From the NCBI GenBank assembly GCA_963802485.1, contig CAWDJA010000030.1, positions 30,801-94,800 of the forward strand: a stretch of 64,000 bases of DNA. The letters run 5' to 3'. The stretch is from an uncultured Actinomycetota bacterium (GTDB taxonomy: Bacteria; Actinomycetota; Actinomycetes; Actinomycetales; Microbacteriaceae). The notes under the pieces were generated by a model. That model ran no database searches, was not told the origin of the DNA, and saw only the letters and a list, made by a program, of their open reading frames with translations. Below, piece by piece: positions 1 through 11,230 of the stretch (its first letter is position 1; each line of letters begins with the position of its first letter). The position numbers and the translations under genes are program-made.

Positions 1-1
1 C

Positions 2-580
2 CGCTACAAGGGCGCGCTGCTGGCGCGGCTCATCCGCGCGGACTGCGCGCTGCTCGCCGCGCACACCAACGCCGACGTCGTCGAGCGCGGCACCTCCGCG
101 GTCCTCGCCGCGCGACTCGGCCTCGTCGACCTCCGCCCGATCGTGCCGGGCGCCGACCCGGCCCTCGGCCTCGGCCGCGTCGGCCGACTGCCCGAGCCCA
201 CCACGCTCGGCCGCCTCGCGCGCCTGCTCGCCGACCTGCTGCCGCCCACCGCGACCGGGGTCCGCGCCGCCGGCGGGTACGACGACCTCGTCGAGACGGT
301 CGCGCTCTGCGGCGGCGCCGGCGACTCGCTGCTCGGCGACCCCGCCGTGCGGGCCGCCGACGTGTACATCACCGCCGACCTGCGGCACCACCCGGCATCC
401 GAGGCCCGCGAGCAGGCGCTCGTGGGAGGCGGTCCCGCCCTCATCGACGTGTCGCACTGGGCGAGCGAGTGGCTCTGGCTCGACGCCGCGGCCGCCGAGC
501 TCCGCGCGGCCCACCCCGAGCTCGACGTGCGCGTCAGCGAGCTCCGCACCGACCCGTGGGACTTCCAGGTCGTGCAATGA
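2..580 (+). CDS. Nif3-like dinuclear metal center protein (5' end outside window)
   Basis: Open frame from base 2. Motifs AHTNAD, VALCGGAGDS, YITADLRHH and DVSHWASE. Typical synteny with the zinc-ribbon gene and rnpB. Confidence 0.9.
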   Translation, partial: RYKGALLARLIRADCALLAAHTNADVVERGTSAVLAARLGLVDLRPIVPGADPALGLGRVGRLPEPTTLGRLARLLADLLPPTATGVRAAGGYDDLVETVALCGGAGDSLLGDPAVRAADVYITADLRHHPASEAREQALVGGGPALIDVSHWASEWLWLDAAAAELRAAHPELDVRVSELRTDPWDFQVVQ

Positions 581-617
581 TGACCACTTCCACCCCGTCC
601 CCCACGAGGAGCACCAC

Positions 618-1355
618 GTGAAGGCAAGCCCCGCCGAACAGCAGGAACTGCTGCGGCTCCAGTCCCTCGACACCCGCCTGCAGCAGCTCGCCCATCGCCT
701 CGGGTCCCTGCCGCAGGCGGCGCCGCTCGCCGAGCTCGCCACGCGCGACACCGCGGTGCGCGGCACGCGTGCGGAGGCGATCGGCGGCCTCGAGGACGCC
801 CGCGCCGAGCTGAAGCGCCTCGAGTCGGACGTCGCCGTGGTCGAGGCGCGCATCGCACGCGACGGCGATCGACTGCAGCACACCTCCTCGGTGAAGGACG
901 TCGCCGCGCTCGAGTCCGAGCTCGCCTCGCTCGCCAAGCGCCTCTCCGACCTCGAGGACCAGGAGCTCGTCGTCATGGAGCGCGTGGAGACGGCCGAGGC
1001 GGCGGTCGCGGGCATCGACGCCGAGCGCGCGACGATCGCGGCCGAGGTCGCGACCCTCGAGTCCGAGCGCGACGACGCTGCGGCCGGCCTCGCGACCGAG
1101 CGCGACGCGGCCGAGCGCGACCGCGGCGTCGTCGCGGGCGGCATTCCGGCCGACCTGCTCGCGCTCTACGAGCAGCGCCGCGTCCGCGGCGGGGGAGTCG
1201 GCGCCGCCCTGCTGAGCCATCGCGCGTGCGGCGGATGCACGATCACGCTCACGGGTTCCGCCTTCGAGAACGTGCGGCGCGCGGCACCCGACGACGTCCT
1301 CCTCTGTCCCGAGTGCGACCGCATCCTGGTGCGCACCGACGAGTCGGGCATCTGA
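618..1355 (+). CDS. Coiled-coil protein with C-terminal C4 zinc ribbon (DUF164-like)
   Basis: Long coiled coil followed by CGGC...CPEC. GAGGAG RBS before the GTG. Confidence 0.88.
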   Translation: MKASPAEQQELLRLQSLDTRLQQLAHRLGSLPQAAPLAELATRDTAVRGTRAEAIGGLEDARAELKRLESDVAVVEARIARDGDRLQHTSSVKDVAALESELASLAKRLSDLEDQELVVMERVETAEAAVAGIDAERATIAAEVATLESERDDAAAGLATERDAAERDRGVVAGGIPADLLALYEQRRVRGGGVGAALLSHRACGGCTITLTGSAFENVRRAAPDDVLLCPECDRILVRTDESGI

Positions 1356-1401
1356 ACGGCCGACGTGGACGCGGGCCGCACCTGCGGCCTGTAGCCTGAG
1401 A

Positions 1402-1787
<386 letters not shown>

Positions 1788-1788
<1 letters not shown>

Positions 1789-2544
1789 TACCGGATCGCC
1801 AGCGCCGCGGCGCCCAGGATGCCCGCGTTGTTGCGATGCACGGCCGGCACGATCGGGGTCTTCAGGTCGAGGAGCGGCAGGAACTCCTCATGGTGCTTCG
1901 AGACGCCCCCGCCGACCACGAACAGGTCGGGGGAGAAGATGAACTCGACGTGCGAGTAGTAGCGCTGCAGGCGCTTCGCCCACTTCTCCCAGGTCAGCTC
2001 CTCCCGCTCCCTCGCCGAGTACGCGGCGCGGCTCTCGGCGTCGTGGCCGTCGATCTCGAGGTGCCCGAGCTCGGAGTTCGGCACGAGCACGCCGTCGTAG
2101 ATGAGCGCCGATCCGATGCCGGTGCCGAGCGTCGTGAGGATCACGAGCCCGTCGACGCCCGCCGCCGCGCCGAAGCGCGACTCGGCGTAGCCGGCGGCAT
2201 CCGCGTCGTTGATGAAGTGGATGTCGCGTCCGAGCGTCTCCTCGAAGAGCTCCTCGGCGGGCAGCCCGATCCACTCCTTCGAGATGTTCGCCGCCGACAG
2301 CGTGCGCCCGCGCTTGACGATCGCGGGGAAGCAGACGCCGAGCGGCAGCTTCGGGCCCCCGACCATCGCGTCGATCGTCGTGAGCAGCTCCTCGGTCGCG
2401 CGCAGGAGGTCGGCGGGCCTGCGCGCCCTCGGGGGTGCGCACCTTGCGACGCTCCGTGACGAGCTCGCCGGTCGCGAGATCGATGACCGCCCCCTTGATG
2501 CCCGTGCCGCCGATGTCGATGCCGATCGCGTGCTCAGTCGCCAT
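1788..2544 (-). CDS. ppgK: Polyphosphate glucokinase (ROK family); one frameshift near 2420
   Basis: N-term GIDIGGTGIKGA in one frame; INDADAAG, TLGTGIGSAL, ELGHLE and NNAGILGAA in the adjacent frame. Confidence 0.9.
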
Positions 2545-2578
2545 GGCGCCACACTATCGCGCGTCGCACGGGCGACTC

Positions 2579-3442
2579 TCAGGGGAGGGTCAGGATCTCC
2601 GCGCCCCGCTCGGTGACCACGAGCGTGTGCTCGAACTGCGCGGTGAGCTCCCGGTCGCGCGTGACGACCGTCCAGTCGTCGTCCCACACGTCCCACTCGA
2701 TCGTGCCGAGCGTGAGCATCGGCTCGATCGTGAACACCATGCCGGGCTCCATGACCGTGTCGAACTCGGGCGCGTCGTAGTGGGGGATGACGAGGCCCGT
2801 GTGGAACGCGCGGCCGACCCCGTGGCCGGTGTAGTCGCGCACCACGCCGTAGCCGAACCGCTTCGCGTACGCCTCGATCGCGCGGCCGATGACGTTCACC
2901 TGTCGACCGGGTGCGACGGCGCGGATGCCGCGGGCGAGCGCCTCGCGGGTGCGCTCGACGAGCAGGGCGGCCTCCTCGCTCACGGCTCCGACGAGGAAGG
3001 TGTGGTTGAGGTCGCCGTGGTACCCGTCGAGGTACGCGGTGACGTCGATGTTCACGAGGTCGCCGTCGTCGAGCACCGTGTCGTCGGGGATGCCGTGGCA
3101 GATCACCTCGTTGACCGACGTGCACGAGGACTTCGGGTAGCCGCGGTAGCCGAGCGTCGAGGGGTACGCGCCGTGCGCGACCACGTACTCGTGCGCGATG
3201 CGGTCGAGCTCGTCGGTGGTGACCCCCGGCCTGATGGCGGATGCCGCGGCCTCGATCGCCCGCGCCGCGATCCGTCCCGCGGCGCGGATCCGCTCCACCT
3301 CGTCGGGCGTGTACGTGTCGCCGGCGTGGTTCTCGGCGGGCGCACGCCGGCCCACGTACTCGGGACGGGCGATGGATGCGGGGACGGCGCGGGTCGGCGA
3401 CAGGCGTCCGGGGATCAGGTGGCCGGCGGCATCCTTGGGCAT
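2579..3442 (-). CDS. map: Methionine aminopeptidase type I
   Basis: [29 protein letters not shown] and AQFEHT motifs. Confidence 0.97.
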   Translation of the reverse strand: MPKDAAGHLIPGRLSPTRAVPASIARPEYVGRRAPAENHAGDTYTPDEVERIRAAGRIAARAIEAAASAIRPGVTTDELDRIAHEYVVAHGAYPSTLGYRGYPKSSCTSVNEVICHGIPDDTVLDDGDLVNIDVTAYLDGYHGDLNHTFLVGAVSEEAALLVERTREALARGIRAVAPGRQVNVIGRAIEAYAKRFGYGVVRDYTGHGVGRAFHTGLVIPHYDAPEFDTVMEPGMVFTIEPMLTLGTIEWDVWDDDWTVVTRDRELTAQFEHTLVVTERGAEILTLP

Positions 3443-3456
3443 AGGATCAGCCTATG
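3440..3456. promoter_or_regulatory. Overlapping bidirectional -10 elements for two leaderless genes
   Basis: CATAGGATCAGCCTATG. TAGGAT lies 6 nt before ATG 3454 (+); TAGGCT lies 6 nt before ATG 3442 (-). Confidence 0.7.
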
Positions 3457-3639
3457 GCCGAGGATGTGGAGCACCAGTTCTGGTACAACATGCACACCGG
3501 TGAGGTGGAGCAGGGATTCGTGTCGCCGTCGGTCGATCGGGTCGGCCCGTTCGAGACGCGCGCCGAGGCCGAGCGGGCGCTCGAGATCCTGCGCGCGAAC
3601 AGCGCGAAGTGGGCCGAGGAGGAGGCCGCCGAGGACTGA
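3454..3639 (+). CDS. Small conserved actinobacterial protein (often labelled SPOR-like)
   Basis: 61 aa with FWYN..TGEVE.G...GPF.TR.EAE.A pattern. Divergent from map with good codon usage. Confidence 0.8.
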   Translation: MAEDVEHQFWYNMHTGEVEQGFVSPSVDRVGPFETRAEAERALEILRANSAKWAEEEAAED

Positions 3640-3689
3640 CTCCCGGCGGTCGAGGGCCGCGCAGCGGCCGTATCGAGACCTCGCTCCGG

Positions 3690-4589
3690 CTACTCGTAGC
3701 TGTGCTCGGCGTTCGGGTAGCTGCCCGACTCGACGTCGTCGCGCCATTCGCCGGCCGCCTTGCTGAGGATCCCCGCCAGGTCGGCGTACTGCTTCACGAA
3801 CTTCGGCACGCGTCCGATCGTGAGTCCGGCCCAGTCGGTCCACACGAGCAGCTGGCCGTCGGTGTGCGGCCCCGCGCCCACGCTGATGGTGGGGATCTCG
3901 AGGAGCTCGGTGACCTGCCGCGCGGCATCCGCCGGCACCATCTCGAGCACCACCGCGAAGGCGCCGGCCTCCTGCACGGACTTCGCGTCGGCGAGGAGCT
4001 GCTTGACGCCCTCGCCGCGACCCTGGATGACGTGGCCGCCGAGCCCGTGCTCGCTCTGCGGGGTGTAGCCGATGTGCGCCATGACCGGGATGCCCGCGCC
4101 GACGATGCGCCGGATCTGCTTGTGGCTGCGTTCGCCGCCCTCGAGCTTCACGGCGTGCGCGCCCGTCTCCTTCATGAACCGGACGGCGGTGTGCAGGGCC
4201 TCCTCGGGACCGTTCTCGTAGGACCCGAACGGCATGTCGGCCACGACGAACGCGCGCTTCACCGCGCCCGCCACGGCGCGCGTGAGCGGGATCAGGTCGT
4301 CGACCTTGACCGGGAGCGTGGTCTCGTAGCCGAACACGTTGTTGCCGGCCGAGTCGCCCACGAGCAGGAAGTCGATGCCGGCCTCGTCGAAGATGCGCGC
4401 GGTGAGCTGGTCGTAGCTCGTGAGCCCCGTGATCTTGATGCCCTCGCGCTTCGCGTTCTGGAAGTGGCGGGTGCGCACGCGCTTCGGTCCGCCGGATGCC
4501 GCGGCGCCGCCGTACGGGTTCGTCTCGGCGGTGGCCGAGGCCGGGTTCGAGGTCTCGGAAGCTGCGTCGTTCACGGGCTGCTCTGACAT
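3690..4589 (-). CDS. panB: 3-methyl-2-oxobutanoate hydroxymethyltransferase
   Basis: LLVGDSA, VADMPFGSY, AVKLEGG, AHIGYTPQ and GAGPHTDGQ motifs. Confidence 0.96.
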   Translation of the reverse strand: MSEQPVNDAASETSNPASATAETNPYGGAAASGGPKRVRTRHFQNAKREGIKITGLTSYDQLTARIFDEAGIDFLLVGDSAGNNVFGYETTLPVKVDDLIPLTRAVAGAVKRAFVVADMPFGSYENGPEEALHTAVRFMKETGAHAVKLEGGERSHKQIRRIVGAGIPVMAHIGYTPQSEHGLGGHVIQGRGEGVKQLLADAKSVQEAGAFAVVLEMVPADAARQVTELLEIPTISVGAGPHTDGQLLVWTDWAGLTIGRVPKFVKQYADLAGILSKAAGEWRDDVESGSYPNAEHSYE

Positions 4590-4676
4590 GTCGCCAGTCT
4601 GGCACACGCGGCATCCGGCGTCGGCGCCCCCGCGGTCGCCGAGCCGCTACCCTGAGAGGTGCGAGAGAGGGTGTGG

Positions 4677-6016
4677 ATGGATAAGCAGCGCGACTTCGTT
4701 CTCCGGACCATCGAGGAACGAGGAGTCAAGTTCGTCAGGCTCTGGTTCACCGACGTCGTCGGCACGCTGAAGTCGGTGGCGATCGCCCCGGCCGAGGTCG
4801 AGGGGGCGTTCACCGAGGGGATCGGGTTCGACGGCTCCGCGATCGAGGGGTTGAGCCGCTCCTTCGAATCCGACCTGCTCGCGTACCCCGACCCCACGAC
4901 GTTCCAGACGCTCCCGTGGCGGGGCGACATCGATCCCGACGGCGCGCATGTTCTGCGACATCACCACGCCCGACGGGGAGCCCGCCGTCGCCGACCCCCG
5001 CAACGTGCTCAAGCGCACGCTCGCACGGGCGGCGGATCGGGGCTTCACGTTCTACACGCACCCCGAGATCGAGTTCTACCTGCTGCGCTCGTCGAAGTAC
5101 GGCGAGGAGGGGCCGGTGCCGGTCGACTCCGCCGGCTACTTCGACAACGTGCCCGGCGGCACCGCGCACGACTTCCGCCGCCGCAGCGTGCGCATGCTCG
5201 AAGACCTGGGCATCTCGGTGGAGTTCAGCCACCACGAGGCGGGGCCCGGCCAGAACGAGATCGACCTGCGCTACGCCGACGCCCTCACGACGGCCGACAA
5301 CATCATGACGTTCCGCACGGTGATCAAGGAGGTGGCGATCGAGCAGGGCGTGTACGCGACCTTCATGCCGAAGCCGTTCTCGCAGTATCCCGGCAGCGGC
5401 ATGCACACCCACCTGTCGCTGTTCGAGGGCGACGCGAACGCCTTCTACGAGGCGGGCTCGCAGTACCAGCTGTCGAAGATCGGCCGCCAGTTCATCGCCG
5501 GCCTCCTCCGGCACGCCAACGAGATCTCGGCGGTCACGAACCAGTTCGTGAACTCGTACAAGCGGCTCTGGGGCGGCGACGAGGCGCCCAGCTTCATCTG
5601 CTGGGGCCACAACAACCGCTCCGCGCTCGTGCGGGTGCCGCTCTACAAGCCCAACAAGGGGCAGAGCGCCCGCGTCGAGTACCGCGCGATCGACTCGGCC
5701 GCCAACCCGTACCTCGCGTTCTCGCTGCTGCTCGCGGCGGGCATGAAGGGCATCGAGGAGGGGTACGAGCTGCCGCCCGAGGCCGAGGACGACGTCTGGG
5801 CCCTGACCGACAGCGAACGCCGCGCGCTCGGCTACCACCCGCTGCCGGCCAGCCTCGACCACGCCATCGAGCTACATGGAGGAATCCGAGCTCGTCGCCG
5901 AGACGCTCGGCGAGCAGGTGTTCAACTTCGTGCTCGCCAACAAGCGCTCCGAGTGGCGCGACTACCGCTCGCAGGTGACGCCCTTCGAGTTGCAGCGCAA
6001 CCTCGAGATCCTCTGA
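4677..6016 (+). CDS. glnA2: Glutamine synthetase GlnA2-type; frameshifts near 4935 and 5870
   Basis: MDKQRDFVLRTIEERGVKFVRLWFTD, FDGSAIEG, HHEAGPGQNEI, FMPKP..GSGMHTH and NRSALVRVP motifs. Lies directly upstream of glnE. Confidence 0.92.
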
Positions 6017-6026
6017 CCAGCACCGG

Positions 6027-9000
6027 ATGTCACGCCAGGCGCAGACCCTCGGACGACTCGCACGGGCGGGATTCGACGACCTCGGCGGCGCCGCCGCGGG
6101 ACTCGAGGCCCTCGCCGGGGCGACCGGTGTCGACGAGGATCGGCTGCTCGCGGCGTTCACGCACGCCGGCGATCCCGACGAGGCGCTCGTCGCGGCCCGC
6201 CGACTCCAGGAGCGCGCGCCGCACGAGGTCGCGGCGGTCCTCGGCCAGGACGCCTCGGCCGAGCGGATGGCGTTGCTGCTCGGGGCGTCGCGGGGGTTCG
6301 CCGACTTCCTGATGCGGCATCCGCGAGAGATCGCCGTGCTGCAGCAGGTGCCGATGCCGCCGCTCGCCACCGAGGATGCACGCACCGTGATGCTCGCGGC
6401 GCTCGACGAGGTGGACGTGCCCGCCGCGCGGTACCTCGAGGCGGCGGCATCCGCCATCCGGGTGCGCTACCGTCGGCTGCTCGCCGGCATCGCGGTGTAC
6501 GACCTGACCCGCCCCGACGCGATCGAGGCGGTCGACTCGGTCGCCTCGGGACTCGCCGACCTCGCCGGGGCGACGCTCGACGCCGCGATCGAGGCGGCCC
6601 GCCGCGCGACCGCCCGAGCCGAGGGCGAGCCGGCCGGTCCCGGCCGGTATCCCGCGGCGGAGGTCGCCGCGACGCGCCTCGCGGTCATCGGCATGGGCAA
6701 GGCGGGCGCCCGCGAGCTCAACTACGTGAGCGACGTCGACGTGATCTTCGTCGCCGAGTCGGCCGACGAGGAGCTCGTCGCCACCCCGCGGGCGCTCGAC
6801 ATCGCGACCCGTCTCGCGATGATCGCGATGCGGGTGATCTCGGAGCCCGGCATCGAACCGCCCCTCTGGGAGGTCGACCCGAACCTGCGGCCCGAGGGCA
6901 AGGACGGCGCATTGGTGCGCACCCTCGAGTCGCACCTCCAGTACTACGACCGCTGGGCGAAGAGCTGGGAGTTCCAGGCGCTCCTGAAGGCACGACCGCT
7001 CGCCGGCGACCCCGAGCTCGGCGACCGCTACGCCGCGGGTGTGGCGCCCAAGGTGTGGGCGAGCTCGAGCCGCGACGGCTTCGTCGAGTCGGTGCAGCGC
7101 ATGCGCGAACGGGTCACCGAGCACATCCCCGCCGCCGAGGTCGAGGTGCAGGTGAAGCTCGGCCCCGGCGGCCTGCGCGACATCGAGTTCACCGTGCAGC
7201 TCCTGCAGCTGGTGCACGGCGCAACGGATGCCGCGATCCGCCAGCCGGGCACCCTGCCCGCCCTGGCGGCCCTCGCCGAGCACGGCTACGTCGGCCGCGA
7301 GGAGGCGGCGGAGTTCGCACGCGACTACCGCATCCTGCGCGTGCTGGAGCACCGGCTCCAGCTCGAACGGCTCCGCCGCACGCACCTCATGCCGCGCGGC
7401 GACGCGGAGCTCCGCACGCTCGCGCGCTCGTCCGGGCTGGCGCGCGACGCCGGCGGCCTCACCTCGCTGTGGCAGACCACGCGCCATCGCGTGCGGGGCC
7501 TGCACGAGCGCCTGTTCTACCGGCCGCTCCTGTCGGCCGTGGCCGCGCTGCCCGCGAGCGGGCTCGAGCTCACGAGCGAGCAGGCCGAGGCCCGGCTCGC
7601 GGCGATCGGCTTCCGCGACCCCAAGGGCGCGCTGTCCCACATCGGCGCCCTGACCGCGGGGGTCTCGCGTCGAGCGACCATCCAGCGGCACCTCATGCCC
7701 GTGCTCATCTCCTGGTTCGCCGACGGCTCCGACCCCGACTACGGGCTGCTCTCGTTCCGTCGATTGAGCGACACGCTCGGCACCACCCACTGGTACCTGC
7801 GGCTGCTCCGCGACTCGTCGGATGCCGCGCTCCGCCTCACCCGCGTGCTCTCGGGTTCGCGGTTCGCCGGCGAGCTGCTGGAGCGCACCCCCGAGGCGGT
7901 CGCCTGGCTCGAGGACCTCGACGAGCTGCGACCACGATCGCTCGCCGCGCTCGACGACGAGAAGCGGGCGGTGCTCCGCCGGCACGGCGACGCGGACGCG
8001 GCCGCGAAGGTCATCCGTGCCATCCGTCGCCGCGAGGTGCTCCGGCTGGCCCTGTCGGCGATCCTCGACGTCTGCACCGTCGAGGAGCTCGGACACGGGC
8101 TCTCCGACGTCTCGCAGAGCCACATCTCGGCGCTCGTCACCGCGATCAGGGGCGCAGAGCCCGACGGCATCGAGTTCGCGGTGATCGGCATGGGCCGGTT
8201 CGGCGGACGCGAGCTCGGCATCGGCTCCGACGCCGACATCGTCTACGTCTTCCGGCCGCTGGATGCGGAGTCGGGAGCGGCGCAGAGCCGTGCGCTTCGC
8301 ATCGTCTCGGAGCTCGTCCGGCTGAGCGAGGACGCGCGACTGCCGTTCGAGCTCGACGCCGACCTCCGCCCCGAGGGACGCAACGGCGTCGTCGCCCGGT
8401 CGCTCGACGCGTACCGGGCGTACTACGCGCGCTGGTCGCTCACGTGGGAGGCGCAGGCACTGCTCCGCGCCCGCGGCGTCGCGGGCGACGACGCCCTGAT
8501 CCACGACTTCATCGAGCTGGCCGACACCGTGCGCTACCCGCAGGCGATCTCCGAGCAGGACATCCGCGAGGTCAAGCGCATCAAGGCGCGCGTCGAGAAC
8601 GAGCGGCTGCCGCAGGGGGCCGACCCGACCCGGCACCTCAAGCTGGGTCGCGGGTCCCTCTCCGACGTCGAGTGGTTCGTGCAGCTGGTGCAGCTCGAGC
8701 ACGGTGCGGAGGAGCCGTCGCTGCGCACGCCGTCGACGCTCGACGCACTGGCGGCGGCCGTGGAGCACGGCCTCATCACCGCCGGCGACGCGCGCACGCT
8801 CCGCGCCGCGTGGGTGTTCGCCTCCCGAGCGCGGTCGGCGCTCACCCTGTGGCTCGACCGCACGACCGACGTGCTGCCGGTCGAGCGCTCCCAGCTCGAG
8901 GGCGTCGCCCGGATCATGGGCTACCCGCCGGGCTCGGCGACCCGCCTCGAGCACGAGTACCTCCAGGTCACGCGTCGCGCTCGCGCGGTGTTCGAGCGCG

Positions 9001-9044
9001 GCTTCTACGGCGTGGAGCCGCGTCGCGAGCCCACCACGGGCTGA
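6027..9044 (+). CDS. glnE: Bifunctional glutamine synthetase adenylyltransferase/deadenylylase
   Basis: 1005 aa with two nucleotidyltransferase domains (GMGK.G..ELNYVSDVD; GMGRFGG.ELG.GSDAD), LRPEG twice and KLG.G.L.D.E twice. Confidence 0.96.
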   Translation: MSRQAQTLGRLARAGFDDLGGAAAGLEALAGATGVDEDRLLAAFTHAGDPDEALVAARRLQERAPHEVAAVLGQDASAERMALLLGASRGFADFLMRHPREIAVLQQVPMPPLATEDARTVMLAALDEVDVPAARYLEAAASAIRVRYRRLLAGIAVYDLTRPDAIEAVDSVASGLADLAGATLDAAIEAARRATARAEGEPAGPGRYPAAEVAATRLAVIGMGKAGARELNYVSDVDVIFVAESADEELVATPRALDIATRLAMIAMRVISEPGIEPPLWEVDPNLRPEGKDGALVRTLESHLQYYDRWAKSWEFQALLKARPLAGDPELGDRYAAGVAPKVWASSSRDGFVESVQRMRERVTEHIPAAEVEVQVKLGPGGLRDIEFTVQLLQLVHGATDAAIRQPGTLPALAALAEHGYVGREEAAEFARDYRILRVLEHRLQLERLRRTHLMPRGDAELRTLARSSGLARDAGGLTSLWQTTRHRVRGLHERLFYRPLLSAVAALPASGLELTSEQAEARLAAIGFRDPKGALSHIGALTAGVSRRATIQRHLMPVLISWFADGSDPDYGLLSFRRLSDTLGTTHWYLRLLRDSSDAALRLTRVLSGSRFAGELLERTPEAVAWLEDLDELRPRSLAALDDEKRAVLRRHGDADAAAKVIRAIRRREVLRLALSAILDVCTVEELGHGLSDVSQSHISALVTAIRGAEPDGIEFAVIGMGRFGGRELGIGSDADIVYVFRPLDAESGAAQSRALRIVSELVRLSEDARLPFELDADLRPEGRNGVVARSLDAYRAYYARWSLTWEAQALLRARGVAGDDALIHDFIELADTVRYPQAISEQDIREVKRIKARVENERLPQGADPTRHLKLGRGSLSDVEWFVQLVQLEHGAEEPSLRTPSTLDALAAAVEHGLITAGDARTLRAAWVFASRARSALTLWLDRTTDVLPVERSQLEGVARIMGYPPGSATRLEHEYLQVTRRARAVFERGFYGVEPRREPTTG

Positions 9045-9114
9045 TCGGGACCACCGCGACGGACGTGTCCGGCGCGGACCGCGATGTGCACAGCCGCCTC
9101 GCGCGCCTGCAACG

Positions 9115-9154
9115 CGGAAGGGCCCGCACCGCCGAAGCGATGCGGGCCCTTCCG
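9115..9154. terminator. Hairpin between convergent glnE and glnA1
   Basis: CGGAAGGGCCCGCA...TGCGGGCCCTTCCG 14-bp stem. Confidence 0.75.
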
Positions 9155-9173
9155 GGATTGCAGGGGTGGGGCC

Positions 9174-10598
9174 TCAGACGCCGAAGTACAGCTCGTACTC
9201 GAACGGGTGCGGGCGCTGGGCGAGGGGCTTGAGCTCCTTCTCGCGCTTGTAGTCGATCCAGGTCTCGATGAGCTCCTTGGTGAACACGCCGCCCTCGAGG
9301 AGGAAGTCGTGGTCGGCCTCGAGCGCGTCGAGCACGGCGTCGAGCGAGCCCGGCACCTGGGGGATCGACTTGGCCTCCTCGGGCGGGAGCTCGTAGAGGT
9401 CCTTGTCGACCGGCTCGTGCGGCTCGATGCGGTTCTTGATGCCGTCGAGGCCCGCCATGAGCTGCGCGGCGAACGCGAGGTACGGGTTGCCCGAGGCATC
9501 CGGCGCGCGGAACTCGATGCGCTTGGCCTTGGGGTTCGTGCCCGTGATCGGGATGCGGATGGCCGCCGAGCGGTTGCCCGCCGAGTAGACCAGGTTGACC
9601 GGCGCCTCGAAGCCCGGCACGAGGCGGTGGTAGGAGTTCACGGTCGGGTTCGTGAACGCCAGCAGGGCCGGCGCGTGCCGCAGGATGCCGCCGATGTACC
9701 AGCGCGCGAGGTCGGAGAGACCGCCGTAGCCGGCCTCGTCGTAGAAGAGCGGCGTGCCGTCGTTCCACAGCGACTGGTGGGTGTGCATGCCCGAGCCGTT
9801 GTCGCCGAAGAGCGGCTTCGGCATGAACGTGGCGGTCTTGCCCCACTGGTCGGCGGTGTTCTTGACGATGTACTTGAACTTCAGGATGTCGTCGGCCGCG
9901 TGCACCATCGTGTCGAAGCGGTAGTTGATCTCGGCCTGGCCGCCGGTGCCGACCTCGTGGTGGGCACGCTCGAGGATGAGTCCGGCGTCGATGAGCTTCA
10001 GCGAGATGTCGTCGCGCAGGTCGGCCTGCTTGTCGACGGGCGAGACCGGGAAGTAGCCGCCCTTGTAGGGCGTCTTGTTGCCCAGGTTGCCGCCCTCCTC
10101 GGTGCGGCCCGAGTTCCACGCGCCCTCCTCGGAGTCGACGGAGTAGAAGCTCGAGTTCTGCTTCACCTCGTAGCGCACGTCGTCGAAGATGTAGAACTCG
10201 GCCTCGGGGGCGAAGTACGCGGTGTCGGCGATGCCGGTCGACGCGAGGTACTTCTCGGCCTTCTTCGCGACCTGGCGCGGGTCCTTCGCGTAGATCTCGC
10301 CGTTGCGCGGGTTGTAGATGTCGAAGACCATCACGAGCGTGCGCTCGGCGCGGAAGGGGTCGACGTATGCCGTGGAGACATCCGGGATCAGCTGCATGTC
10401 GGACTCGTGGATCGACGCGAAGCCGCGGATCGACGAACCGTCGAACAGCTGGCCGACCGTGAAGAACTCCTCGTCGACGGTCGACGCCGGGATGTTGAAG
10501 TGCTGCTGCACACCCGGGAGGTCGGTGAAGCGGATGTCGAGGAACTTGACATCCGTCTCCTTGATGAACTTGAGCACTTCAGACGAATCACTGAACAT
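9174..10598 (-). CDS. glnA: Type I glutamine synthetase
   Basis: [35 protein letters not shown] and the adenylylation loop KDLYELPPE. Confidence 0.98.
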   Translation of the reverse strand: MFSDSSEVLKFIKETDVKFLDIRFTDLPGVQQHFNIPASTVDEEFFTVGQLFDGSSIRGFASIHESDMQLIPDVSTAYVDPFRAERTLVMVFDIYNPRNGEIYAKDPRQVAKKAEKYLASTGIADTAYFAPEAEFYIFDDVRYEVKQNSSFYSVDSEEGAWNSGRTEEGGNLGNKTPYKGGYFPVSPVDKQADLRDDISLKLIDAGLILERAHHEVGTGGQAEINYRFDTMVHAADDILKFKYIVKNTADQWGKTATFMPKPLFGDNGSGMHTHQSLWNDGTPLFYDEAGYGGLSDLARWYIGGILRHAPALLAFTNPTVNSYHRLVPGFEAPVNLVYSAGNRSAAIRIPITGTNPKAKRIEFRAPDASGNPYLAFAAQLMAGLDGIKNRIEPHEPVDKDLYELPPEEAKSIPQVPGSLDAVLDALEADHDFLLEGGVFTKELIETWIDYKREKELKPLAQRPHPFEYELYFGV

Positions 10599-10672
10599 GT
10601 GACGGAATCTCCAAGAGGGGCGGGTGGGACCGGACGGACGTGCACAGCCTTCAGTGACGCTATCCGGCCGCG

Positions 10673-10710
10673 GTTTCCCTGCCATGACGCGAATGTTTCC
10701 GCCATGTTAC
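10673..10710 (-). promoter_or_regulatory. Tandem GlnR binding boxes upstream of glnA1
   Basis: Minus strand GTAAC-n6-GAAAC-n6-GTCAT-n6-GAAAC matches the actinobacterial GlnR a/b-site consensus. A TAGCGT -10 follows near 10657-10662. Confidence 0.85.
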
Positions 10711-10738
10711 GCGCAGTCCGGGTCGGTAGACTCGTCGG

Positions 10739-11175
10739 ATGCCTGATGCGACACCCCGAACCTTCGGCGACCTCGAGCCGAGCCGGTGGCCGGGGGAGCG
10801 GCTGGGCCTGCCCGATTCCGGTCCCGGATCCGTGGGCCGCGTCGGCCGGCGCATCGGCGCGATCGCCATCGACTGGGCGGCGGCGCTCCTGATCGCGCTG
10901 CTCTTCGCCCCGTACAGCTCGCTGCTGCACTCCTGGCTGACCCTCGCGATCTTCGCGCTCATGCAGGTCGTCTTCATCCCGACGATCGGGGGCAGCGTCG
11001 GCCACCGCCTCACCGGCATGCGCGTGGTGCCGCTCACCGGAGGGTGGGTCGGCCTCTGGCGACCGGTCGTGCGCACGCTGCTGCTCATCATCGTCGATCC
11101 CCGCGCTCGTGTGGGACTCCGACCAGCGCGGCTTCCACGACAAGGTGCGCCGGCACGGTCCTGATCCGCTCCTGA
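10739..11175 (+). CDS. RDD family membrane protein; frameshifts near 11095 and 11145
   Basis: PGERLGLP..GPGS, RRIGA..ID and the C-terminal WDSDQRGFHDK...GTVLIR split over frames. Conserved position divergent from glnA1. Confidence 0.85.
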
Positions 11176-11181
11176 GACGCC

Positions 11182-11215
11182 GATGCGGCATCCGTCGAAC
11201 GACGGATGCCGCATC
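11182..11215. terminator. Perfect hairpin made of two inverted GCGGCATCC motifs between convergent genes
   Basis: GATGCGGCATCCGTCG-AA-CGACGGATGCCGCATC. Confidence 0.75.
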
Positions 11216-11230
11216 TCGAGTCGTGCGGGC

